From: an uncultured Nitrososphaerales archaeon
GTDB taxonomy: Archaea > Thermoproteota > Nitrososphaeria > Nitrososphaerales > Nitrososphaeraceae
DNA: 64,000 bases
Reading direction: 5' to 3'
Assembly: GCA_963713605.1 (NCBI GenBank)
Contig: CAVQMO010000010.1
Coordinates: 992,001-1,056,000 of the forward strand
Below are positions 45,910-56,384 of the stretch, piece by piece; position 1 is the stretch's first letter; every line of letters begins with the position of its first letter. The notes below the pieces were generated by a model that was not told the DNA's origin, did not search any database, and saw only the letters and a list, made by a program, of their open reading frames with translations. The position numbers were made by a program, and so were the translations under genes.

Positions 45910-46392
45910 TTGCACACAATGACTTCTGTCAAACATATACCTGATGGATACCATGCAATAACACCTTACCTTGTTGTGCAGGGTGCTGAAAAACTAATTG
46001 ATTTCGTGAAGCAGGCGTTTGATGCAAAAGAAATAGAACGCATGTCAATGCCTGATGGAAAGATAGGACATGCTGAAGTTAGAATTGATGACTCAATCGT
46101 TATGATGGGTGATGCTAGAGAAGAAACGTGGAAAGCAATGCCTTCTTCAGTATATCTATATGTTACCGATTGTGACACAGTTTACAAGCGCGCTCTCGAA
46201 GCTGGAGCTATATCTTTGATGGAACCAAGAGACCAATTCTATGGGGATCGAACCGGCGGTATAAAGGATCCCGTTGGAAATCACTGGTTTATTGCAACAC
46301 ATAAAGAAGATTTATCGAAGGATGAACTTGATAAGCGTGTAAAAGAATACGTCAAACAACAGCAGCAACAACAACTACAACAGAAGCAATAA
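45910..46392 (+). CDS. VOC family (PhnB-like) protein with a poly-Q tail
   Basis: IPDGYHAITPYL, GHAEVRI, DQFYGDRTGGIKDPVGNHW. Confidence 0.9.
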   Translation: MHTMTSVKHIPDGYHAITPYLVVQGAEKLIDFVKQAFDAKEIERMSMPDGKIGHAEVRIDDSIVMMGDAREETWKAMPSSVYLYVTDCDTVYKRALEAGAISLMEPRDQFYGDRTGGIKDPVGNHWFIATHKEDLSKDELDKRVKEYVKQQQQQQLQQKQ

Positions 46393-47145
46393 CTCCATCT
46401 TTATGCGATCGCCTATCGTGAAATAAGAATATTTGACTTGTATGTAATCGGTCTGCATTAGACTATCATCGATGGTTAATTAGAAAACCAATAGAGAACC
46501 ACTCTATCTATCAATTATGGATTAATGTTATAATTTGAAGTATAAGGAATTAAAAAAATAACTTTCTCATTAACTACACAAAGTTACAAATGCCCCAAAA
46601 CTAATCCCTTCAATTGGCGGCTTCACCTTCCACTTTATAACACCTATGTAATCTCCACCTGATAATTAGTACGTATTTATTTGAAATATCTAGATATCAC
46701 ATTAAGTATAATTATGTGATAGAAGACGGACACAAAGCCTATTTGAAATATTGAAACTTGATGATGAGTATGAGAAATCACATTTGACCGTAACAATATT
46801 ATGAGTTCATACTATTCATTATTGTGATTTCAGTTTTATTTGAACAACTTAGAAATCCTATCGAATGGATTACTGATTCGATTATGCTCATCGATGAAAT
46901 TTATCTTCAAGTTTGAACTTCTAAATAATGGAACTCGTTTCAAGAGCCGGTAACGGCACGAATACCCTTGAGTCAGCCCATCCAAAATGAACCTATCCTA
47001 ACCTAGGGATGTTTAGATATAAAAATATCCGAAATGGATAAAATTCAATTTCATCCTTCCTTAGTTTGAAACAAAATAGGATGGTTATGAACCATTCTAT
47101 ATATATCACATTCAAATAATGAACCTATCCCGAAGTGCGGCAAAC

Positions 47146-47331
47146 CAACAGCAGGTAGCATGGCATAGAGACTGGGCACCAGATCTGAGTAGTGAGGAAT
47201 ATGGGGAAATAGCTAGAATTCTGTAAATATAACACCCTACAATCGTTAGGGATGTCGCTTACTTAGGACAGCAGGCAAAGGAGTAAATTGGCAGATACAC
47301 AGAGGAACAACTACAGGCAGAATATCATGAT
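47146..47331 (+). pseudogene. HTH protein relic with three in-frame stops
   Basis: QQQVAWHR...EIARIL*I*HPTIVRDVAYLGQQAKE*IGRYTEEQL; related to 48740..49068. Confidence 0.6.
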
Positions 47332-47466
47332 CTTAATGGTGGTATTACGGAATAATATGGATGAATCAAAAGACTACTTTCTGCTTTATTAAGAGGTGGT
47401 AACTATTCTAACAATTTTATACACAACACTATTAGGAGTATATAGGGATGAGTTAGTGAATATATT

Positions 47467-47823
47467 ATGAAAAATAAGAAAGTCAATAACGACAGCAATG
47501 AAAAGAAAGAAGACGCCAAACTGAAGAAGGAGATTGACTTGGTTAATCCTAATGAAATTGAGTCAATTAGTAATCTATGGCAACAATATTCTCCTATGAC
47601 CTGGAGTGAAACATATAATCAATATATTAAATACACAAGAAGAATGACTGAAATATATAATGAATACGCTAAAAGTTCACAGAGGATGACAGAACTGTAC
47701 ACGGAACTAGCTGCAAATGCAGAGAAGATGACTGAATTGTATAAGGAATCTGCCAATAGGTACAGAAAAAATGACCAAATATTGGTTAGACTTCCTTTGG
47801 ATGAAGCCATTGTCAAAAAATAA
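47467..47823 (+). CDS. Helical-repeat hypothetical protein
   Basis: Three 14-aa repeats MTE(I/L)YxExA; probable 3' frameshift. Confidence 0.55.
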   Translation: MKNKKVNNDSNEKKEDAKLKKEIDLVNPNEIESISNLWQQYSPMTWSETYNQYIKYTRRMTEIYNEYAKSSQRMTELYTELAANAEKMTELYKESANRYRKNDQILVRLPLDEAIVKK

Positions 47824-48059
47824 AGAAGGAAAACAAGAAGAACAATAGGCACTTCAGAGAATGAATTGATGGTATCGACGGTCTTGATGCACCATTAGAA
47901 TATGAAAAAGACAAAAGGAATCTATTGCCTTCATATCGAAAGGTCGTAAATAGGCTCTGGAAATAAGCATTTCGGAGTAGAATGGATGAGCACCGAATTC
48001 TAGCGTACATGATACCATTAGTAGTAAAGTGTATTAAAGAAGCAACCAATTCACTTCTG

Positions 48060-48558
48060 TGTTTTCTAGAAAGGCATTTAATATGTCTGTGAATGTTGTG
48101 GATAGTGATACATCAATCCATGTCCTGCTTCTTCAATCTGTACAAGCCAAGCTCCTGGGATCTTCTGCGCAAGAATCAAGGATTTAGCTACTGGTACAGC
48201 AACATCTTCAGTTCCCGTTACTCAGTGATCAAATACAATAACCTTGTGATTTGATGACAGTTCTTGGGGCACAGATGATGGCCAAATATCCATAACATTA
48301 TTACTACCACTAATGAGTAAAATAGGATTATCGTTACCAAACATCATATATGCAATGTCAATATCATCTAGACTAACTTTTTGTAATGCGAAACCTTGTA
48401 TATCCACCGAATTCGTTTATCAGAATTCACTTGGTCTGGATCTAAATATATTGACTATACACAAATTTATTGGTGCCATCGTTACTAATTAATGAAGCGA
48501 TAATAATTATGGTTGCAGCAGGAATTAGATGAGCCTTCCCAAGCTGCTGTTTGACATA
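48060..48558 (-). pseudogene. Alpha/beta hydrolase pseudogene with an internal deletion
   Basis: DIDIAY..FG...PILLISG...VIVFDH joined directly to TGTEDVAVP...KIPGAWLVQIEEAGHGLMY; nucleophile region missing. Confidence 0.75.
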
Positions 48559-48739
48559 AACCCTAATACGATGCGGACTATTAAGGAACAGACCTGAGAC
48601 CAGGAGATATTTCAGCCCAACATTAAGGTCAAAAATGGTTCATTTGTATGCGGCAGTCAGGTAGTTAAACGTATATGTTGAAAGGTGTAATATTTGCTCT
48701 AGTGGAATACTGAAGGTTTGATTAAGAATGCTAAACAGA

Positions 48740-49068
48740 CGATGCAATGGCAACAGACAACCAGAAGTAGAGTGTTGAAACTTTCAAGTGAGGGCAGGAG
48801 CCTATCAGGAAAGTGTTGCAACCATCAACTCAGATAAAACAGGAAGCTAATCATTGATGAAAGGCTACCATTGGAATATCAGAAATGCCTGATCGGCGTA
48901 GAGGCCATACTATGCAAAACATGGGACATTGCAAATAACTTAGAATCTACAGAAAGGAACAGACTACAAGCTGTCTCGGTAGGAATGCTGGCTTATAGAA
49001 TAAACATAGAGCAGCTAAATCTACTGAAGGGATTACCATTCTATTCTGATTGGCAACACGAACTTTAA
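48740..49068 (+). pseudogene. HTH family relic, second copy
   Basis: RSRVLKLSSEG...IDERLPLEYQKCLIGVEAILCKTWDIA. Confidence 0.55.
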
Positions 49069-49324
49069 TCGAGAGAAAATCACGCTCAAATATCCAGTTT
49101 GCCGTTCAACTATACTATAGGCCACAGAAGAATCCCTTATTCGACTATGAACAGATGTTATATATTCCCTGATGATTTATGTTCCCTGATGCTTTATTCA
49201 GACGCCTTCAGATTGTCGCTACAGTTTTGGCGCTAAGTAGCAGCTTGCTTAACTTCGTCAAGTGATAAAGATAATCAATGGAGATAAGCCTCGTTACACC
49301 AAGTATATAATATTGGCTATAACT

Positions 49325-49534
49325 ATGATTGACGAGCGAAGGTTGCTATATCTGGTAGTTGCGATGGCAGTATTCGCAGCAGCTTTTGCTGTAATGGTGG
49401 GCTTAGTCGCTGCTGAAATAGGGCCAACCTCTTCAGATACAACGGGAACGGAATGTTTGTTCGCAACAAATCTTTGCAATGTAATCTCTGCAGCAGATTC
49501 AAACGATAGTACGTTTTATTCCGATTTATCATAA
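49325..49534 (+). CDS. Small membrane-anchored hypothetical protein
   Basis: MIDERRLLYLVVAMAVFAAAFAVMVGLV TM segment, two Cys. Confidence 0.45.
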   Translation: MIDERRLLYLVVAMAVFAAAFAVMVGLVAAEIGPTSSDTTGTECLFATNLCNVISAADSNDSTFYSDLS

Positions 49535-49678
49535 TTGAAGCTAGGACCAGTTAATCGTGTCAGCTGTTATAACAGTAAATAAGGTCTATCTGTAAACCGA
49601 AAATGTATTGATGGCATATAGTAGTCGAATCAGCAGAGAACGAATCGAATCTGAAAAATGTAATAGTAGTAAACAAAC

Positions 49679-50133
49679 TTACACCTCGCCAACATCAAGG
49701 CGAAATTGAGATGGAGTACATTCATTTGAATGGTAGTCTGATGCGTTTAGGGTTAATGTACATCTCTCAACCCACTGAGATCGCCACTCAGGCGGTTCGA
49801 AAGGATCAGCAAAGTAATACGTCTCACGTGCAACCTTACCATCTCTGAACTCCATGATGCTTACTGCATTGACTGGATGCCCATCATAGGTAATAACTAT
49901 TTCAGATATCCAGAGATTTCCTTCTCCTCGTACCCGTAGGATCTTAAAACTAAGTTTAGCGGGGTAATGTGCCCTGAGTTCATATATGTTGTGTTTACCA
50001 GAGATTCGTTCACCAGACTGTGGAAATTCAACTATGACGTCGTCATGATAAATGTCATGTGATCTGTCTATATCACGAGCCACAGTGGCCTCCCAGTAAT
50101 GATCCAGGCAGCACGTATTTCTTGATTATCCAT
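49679..50133 (-). CDS. NTF2/SnoaL-like protein; 5' frameshift
   Basis: HDIYHDDVIVEFPQSGERI, VSIMEFRDGKVARETYYFADPFEPPEWR. Confidence 0.85.
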
Positions 50134-50189
50134 TATCTTTCCAAACCATATCAAAAGCCTAGATTATTAGTCTTCTCTTCGGTTTCAAA

Positions 50190-50285
50190 GCAGTAGAGAA
50201 TGGCGAAACAATGCTAGATAAGGATGCAACTAATCATGATGATTTGCTGGACGCATTCCGTTTGTCTGTGCAGTTCTGGCATTAG
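50190..50285 (+). pseudogene. Terminase-like C-terminal remnant 2
   Basis: AVENGETMLDKDATNHDDLLDAFRLSVQFWH*. Confidence 0.55.
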
Positions 50286-50559
50286 TATATGCGAGATTTG
50301 ATTCTACTCATAATAACCACCTTAATCTTACATGTTATACTAATATGTGGCGGCTGGTGAAAACCCATCACCAGACAACTGCCGCACAAAAGTGAGTAGA
50401 ATTGAAACATTCGTGTCCACCAGTAGCATCCGCCCAGAGTTGACCAGCGCGTATGTATTAGTCGAAATGTGGCTGGACCAGGATCGCTATATTCAATCAA
50501 ATGATGTCAGGGCGTAGAATCCTGCATCAGCAGCAGATGATGGACCATCACAGCGAGCA

Positions 50560-50930
50560 GCAACCCAAAGCCGAGATTCTAATATCACGTATGAATCTGA
50601 CTCGAAAGCAATATTATTCGCGCATCAAACCGCTTCCGCGAGGTAGGTTTGATTCGTAGGAAGGGAGCTGAGATTTGTTCTTACTTCACTTGGAAAGGTG
50701 GTCTATGAGACCCACAATACAATAGGACTTGCAATCCACAATCGATGGAAACTTCAAGCTATTGATTCACTGGATACATCTCTATCTGCAGAGGGAATGC
50801 CCACTGAAGAAAGACACAAACTTATCAACGCGTTACCTGGAGATCACGAGGTTATAAAAGATATTCTACTCTGCCAGAATCATGTCAAAAAGGAATATAT
50901 GTTAGCAGCCTATATTTATCTACACAGCTT
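50560..50930 (+). pseudogene. Winged-HTH regulator pseudogene, paralogue of 42568..43026
   Basis: ISRMNLTRKQYYSR...WKLQAIDSL spread across frames. Confidence 0.7.
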
Positions 50931-50970
50931 TATCATGAGGTTGTCTGGTAGGGAGCGTTTTTTTACCGAC

Positions 50971-51029
50971 TCTCATGACGACCTATTCAATGCAAATAGG
51001 ATGCGATGTCTCTTCATTTCTGGCATTAA
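50971..51029 (+). pseudogene. Terminase-like C-terminal remnant 3
   Basis: SHDDLFNA.R / MSLHFWH*. Confidence 0.45.
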
Positions 51030-51098
51030 TGATCGACACCACCACCATCATTACCACCAACAAACGTCTAAATATTTAACTCACGATCGAGATTCTGC

Positions 51099-51347
51099 AT
51101 GTCAAGTCCATCTGAGAGAGAAAGGAGACTAAGCAGTCTTGCCAGAAAACTGGGTCACGAACTAGACGAAGATTTTAGAAGGGCGGGGAACAGACTAAAG
51201 GACGTTTTGATTCGTGACTTTGATAAAGAAATGTCGCTAGCAGAGGTATTTGCTGACCGAAATGATCTCATCGAAGCGGCATACCATAGGACGTTGGCTT
51301 ATGCGATACACAATACTCTTAGGGATCTTGAAATGATGATCAAATAA
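51099..51347 (+). CDS. Hypothetical protein
   Basis: 82-aa charged helical ORF with ATG start. Confidence 0.45.
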   Translation: MSSPSERERRLSSLARKLGHELDEDFRRAGNRLKDVLIRDFDKEMSLAEVFADRNDLIEAAYHRTLAYAIHNTLRDLEMMIK

Positions 51348-52177
51348 ATTAGGAACCAGTATACATCTGCAGTTCTGAATTTAATCTGGTAGCAGATGCC
51401 AAGCGTGGTATTCTACTCTCGCTTCTTGGTTGCTATTCTTGTCATTGTCGCTTTGCTTTATGAACTCTGTAAAGTTTGTATAATCCATCATACTGTCACA
51501 GTAAATGCAAATCCATCTCATAGGTAAAGACTAATACTATTACGCACACATTGTTTATATAACATTATTCTATAGTTCCGAAACAATGTTTTATGTCAAG
51601 TCGGAGTGACAGAGAGACATGGCTACTCCATCACAAACCGGCTACTGGGTAAAATTCTGGTCTTATTTCGGAATTGACGAATTAGAGTTCCTTTCTGGAT
51701 CATCATCACATATTCTTGATTGTATATTTGTAATTTACATAATACTTAACTGATGTCTATCTCGGCTGACGAATCATTTAGAATAGATTATAATCTAACC
51801 ACGGGAATGCAGATAAAATTTTACAAGAGCAACAACATTGTTGCTAGACAGCAATCTGTTATCTAGCCAGTATCAATTAATGAATAAAAAATAATCTACT
51901 AATTTGATTCGCCTACGGTTCCATTCATTGCTAGATTGAGCAGTGGCCTAGCAACGTAGTACCGTTTTCGGTGCTAACTATTTATCGACGTCTCTTAGTC
52001 GGTAGTTGCGGCGACGACGGAGACAGCGGTGGGATAGGAGAATGTGACATAACCATGGAAGGTTCAGTAATCTCTGCACCCTAATTTTTCTTTTTCTGAT
52101 GGTTAATGCTATGGCTGAATCTGAAAATGTCTCACTTCTTATTCATATGAGATTATTTCAAGAGTTCATGAAGCACT

Positions 52178-52297
52178 CACAGTATAGGCCTGGATGATAA
52201 TTACTTCAATCCAGAAGAGAATTATGTACTACAAAGATATGTTAAGGCAATTGACAACCTGACCATCAATGAAGAAAATCGTTTACGTAAAGTATGA
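52178..52297 (+). pseudogene. Tyrosine integrase C-terminal remnant
   Basis: HSIGLDDNYFNPEENYVLQRYVKAIDNLTINEENRLRKV*: box-II His and catalytic Tyr spacing, plus a tail recalled from thaumarchaeal integrases. Confidence 0.65.
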
Positions 52298-52401
52298 GTT
52301 GTTCGAATTAGTTTTCATAACTTCTAAATCATCGTTTTTCATAGTAGCATAGAAAAAACTTAAGCCAGTAACCCCTTTACTATTTGTTAGAATCCTCTTC
52401 T

Positions 52402-52450
52402 AGAATCAATATTACTTCGGACTCCCTTGGGCCCACCTACTACGTGGGCA
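52402..52450 (+). repeat. att-like dispersed repeat, copy 4 (left arm A, core, right arm Y)
   Basis: AGAATCAATATTACTTCGGACT-CCCTTGGGCCCA-CCTACTACGTGGGC. Confidence 0.8.
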
Positions 52451-52852
52451 TCCTGAATGGCTAGAGGCAGACGAAATGATGGAACGTCAGGGCTTTTGCA
52501 TCATTGATTTTGGATTGAACTGACTGATTCAACAGGTAGGAATGGAACTATTGTAATCACAATCAAGGATGATTCTCTCGAGAATGCCGCAATACCATAA
52601 ATCGATAACCGCTAATCAAGTTAAATACTTTAATGAACATGTTTTGAATAAAGCTAGGAACATTACTTTGCATATTAGTTATTATTATCGTAATTATCGT
52701 CATTGTGCTCTACTCAAGTTTCTATTTCAACTCTTCTTTGTAGTGCCACTTAGCGCAGACTTTTCTAACGATATGCTGTACGCTAATAATGTTGTGGCAA
52801 CAATTGATATTAGTGAAATCTCGACAAAATAAAAAATGATAAAAGAGGGAAG

Positions 52853-52987
52853 TTAGTGTCCACAACCACAGCCGCTGTGATGATGTTCTTGATTTGCAGA
52901 ACATGATGGACACAAAGTTGTTGCTGCATTTTCTGCTACAAATGTTGTTCCACATGAACTACATGTTGCTTTTTGAAATTCTTGCAT
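52853..52987 (-). CDS. 44-aa metal-binding micro-protein (zinc ribbon plus His/Cys tail), not in the ORF track
   Basis: MQEFQKATCSSCGTTFVAENAATTLCPSCSANQEHHHSGCGCGH*, followed by a T-rich terminator-like tract. Confidence 0.75.
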   Translation of the reverse strand: MQEFQKATCSSCGTTFVAENAATTLCPSCSANQEHHHSGCGCGH

Positions 52988-53834
52988 TGTCGTAGGGCAT
53001 TTTCATTACAGTTATTAAAACCTTCGTAAATTATAGATTGCCTCATCCCCCCGGTGAAGTATTCGGAGATACATCAGGTTAGTTTGCAGGCCCCATGTGT
53101 CCTACGTGCATGATGAACCACATTACAGTCGGCTTAGATTGTTGAGGTAGTAGAAAGCTCTTCTTCGGCAGCTTTTCTGACATACAATCGTTGCATCTTC
53201 ACGAACCACGAGCGTATTTGTCCAATTTAACTCACATGATTTTCTAATCGTGTTTCGATAGAATCAATAACAGGCAGACTGCTACGTTTATTTGACTGCT
53301 ATCCAGCAGATAAATGGTCCAATAAGATTAACTCCTCTTATCGTACCATTCGAAATGACACACGATAAAATTACGATATCTCCTCAAATCGATAAAGACT
53401 AGGCTAACGACAATCGTAACAGATAGAGAGTTGTCACTAGTAATTGAAGAAAAAGAAGAGAAGGGTACAGATAATTTGGGTATGGCAATTTATTTCAATA
53501 GTGAATCAACAGTTCTATCCTGTGCCTATATCTTTGAGAATCTGTGAGCCCAATCCACCAGTCAGAATCCACAATTATGAATTAACTTACTGAATGAAAT
53601 ATATGTCCTCTCTTCTTCTCCCAGATGTCTGTAAATCTTTTTCTTGTCAAGTATCACAACATTTAGATCATGAAATGTTATAACTGCGCGCGCCGTCCGT
53701 AAAATTTCTTAGCCGAAATGATGAACAATTGAATTAACTACACTAGGAAGAGGGGTTAGCCAGAGTGTATGTGACCTGAGGGAGAATGAATCTATTACCA
53801 GAATCTAGAACAGGAAATATCTAACTTACGCAAA

Positions 53835-54350
53835 TTACTGAAATAGTTGTACCTGAAGGTCTCCGGCAACTTGCAATGTGAAATTATTAATTACTTCTAC
53901 ACCTCCCATTATTTCAGTGCCAAAGATATCAATCTTAAATGGCGCTTTAAGACCTGATTGAATACCTGATGGCGAGGTGAATCCGGAACCTACTCCCACT
54001 ACTTGGCCATTATGATCATATAATGTTGCTGACACTTGAACACTGTTGAAGGGGAATGTGTTGTTGTTAAAAACTTCTCCTGTTATTGTATAGATATTTC
54101 TATTTTCTGGAACGAAGGCGGAGACACCTAGTATGTCTAAATCTAGCATATCGGAACGGGATTGATTCTGCGCCAACGCTTCACTTTTCATAATTATTAG
54201 TGATATTAGAAATGATAGCACTATCAATTTCGTCAATACTATCACCTTACCCCCTGAGGGAAACATAACTGGGTAGGATATAACCATGAACAGTATAAGT
54301 ATCTTTAGATGCTTGTTCGATGTTTGTCCTCTTCTGTTCAGCTTGCTCAC
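53835..54350 (-). CDS. Secreted FxLYD-domain protein; true start probably internal
   Basis: ITGEVFNN...VQVSATLYDHNGQVVG...KAPFKI. Confidence 0.75.
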   Translation of the reverse strand: MSKLNRRGQTSNKHLKILILFMVISYPVMFPSGGKVIVLTKLIVLSFLISLIIMKSEALAQNQSRSDMLDLDILGVSAFVPENRNIYTITGEVFNNNTFPFNSVQVSATLYDHNGQVVGVGSGFTSPSGIQSGLKAPFKIDIFGTEIMGGVEVINNFTLQVAGDLQVQLFQ

Positions 54351-55378
54351 GTAATAGTCTTTGGTACTTCAATAAACCCCTAATACCATTAGAAAGCATC
54401 TAACTGGAGAATTATCATAGTCTGCATGCAATCTTTCAAAAGAGTCTAATCCAATTCTTCCGGGTCATAATTGTTGCAAGTATAACAGTAATCACCTGCT
54501 TTCCGTTTTTGTATGTGAAGCTGAAGACCATCATGGCCATATGAATATGTCATTGGACTATCATTAGCTCGGATCGAAGTATTTGACTTTTAAAACTGTG
54601 AATTTGAACTTGTACCAGGTATTCTGGCAATCAACCCTGCTGTTACAGTCATATATGACTTATGAAATAAATATGCCTATACATTTGGGTCATTTTTGTA
54701 TACGTTGAGCTGACATTAGCGATAGCTCATGGGAAGATTTGGAAGAAGAATTGAAAAAATGTTTAGCACAACAGTCCGACGAGAAAAAAGAGCCAGAAGA
54801 AGAAAGTCTAATGGCCTGGTATAAAAGCAAAAAGAGAGCGTCGGCCAACCCGAGAACGAGATAAATTCTGATGTCGTAAACGCTGATTTAGAAGGCAAGT
54901 AAGTCGCTATAATCTAATTTGTATTGCGTAGGAGTACCTGATGCTCTAGTGGTGAAAAGCAAGTGAAGAACCGGTATAGACCATTAGAGAAGCCACTACG
55001 AATGCAATGAGGGTAACTAATATTGAATTCCTAAAATGGAATATTAATGCCGTAGATATTTTTTTGTAGTCTAGGATCATTAAAATATTACACAATTCTT
55101 ACTGTTTACAATATATTATTGGTGTACTATAGGGAATGTCAAAAAGTATTTTAATTATACCTATGCGAGATAACAATCCCAGAAACTCATTCATCGATAG
55201 CTTGCATTTTCAAAGTCATCAAGATTTAAAGTGGAAGATCTTTAAACAAATGGGATGTAGCGTCAGTAGTCGAGTAAGAAGGATTCAGGAAGATCCTTGA
55301 AATTTTTTATGGAGCGAGATGCGTCATCTCGATCATTGGAAACAAAATATTTTATACTCGTTCGACTCTTTGTGTGCA

Positions 55379-56384
55379 TTACTGAGTTAGTATCTTTGAT
55401 ATTGCAGAAGCTAAAATAGGGCTAAGGTCTATTGCTTGAACAAACGAACCTGTTCCGGTAGCTTTCGGTATAGAATTTGTTGTAACTATCTTAGATACTC
55501 CGGCAGCTTTAATACGTTCAGAAGATTCTTTCGTTATTAATGCATGAGTGCACATCGCGATGATATCTCTACAACCATCTGACTTTAATGTTTCAGCTGC
55601 CTTAATTATTGTACTTCCAGTACTAATAATGTCGTCAATTAGGACAACATCTCGCTCTCTAATCCGATCCTTGTCATTTGACGTGGTGTAATCCATAAAT
55701 ACTTCTCCTGTTTTCCTATCCCTTATTTTCTTCATGCATATAATATTATTATTTAACTCAAGGGCAAATGACTTTGCTCTCTTAAGGCCTCCTTCATCTG
55801 GCGATACGGTAATAGAATCATCTTTACTCATTCTAAGTTTTGCTTTAGCATAATGGGCCAAGAGCGGTGCTGCGGAGATATTGATAGTATCAATCTTTCC
55901 CTTGAAATATGTTAACGCCCGCAGACTATGGATGTCAACTGTTACTAAGTGTCTAGTACCGAAATGTCTTATACAACTTTGCCATCAATTCTATTGTTAT
56001 CACTTCTCCATCGAGAAACGCTCTATCCTGGCGTGCATACGCCACATAGGGTACAACAACGATTATATCCTTTGCAAAATCATCAATACATTTCTTTAGT
56101 ATCATTAAAGTTTGGACTATGTGTCTATCAATCTGTGGTGGACAGTGAGACTGAATTATTATGCATGTCTTATCCTCTAGTTTCTCCTTAATTCGAATTT
56201 TGCTCTCACCGTCAGAAAATACCCTTATTTCAGGACATATCATGCTCAAACACATTGCTTTAGAGATATTGGTAGCTAGACCTGCAGAGGAGGGCCCTGC
56301 TACTACTACTGCTGATGACAGTAAAGATTTTGGGAGAGTGACATGCGATTCAGCACCTTTTCCTATTTCCATACTGCCCCCCAT
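55379..56384 (-). CDS. prs: Ribose-phosphate pyrophosphokinase; one frameshift near 55970
   Basis: FSDGESKIR, PYVAYARQD, SPDEGG, VLIDDIISTGST, VTTNSI. Confidence 0.92.

Noticed and set aside
52340..52440. Intact tRNA ending in TGGGCCCA
   Set aside because: The 3' end is tRNA-like, but there is no matching 5' acceptor strand or D/anticodon arms upstream; treated as an att-like site
53718..53780. C/D box sRNA (ATGATGA...CTGA)
   Set aside because: Spacing is plausible, but there are no convincing internal D'/C' boxes and no target could be verified
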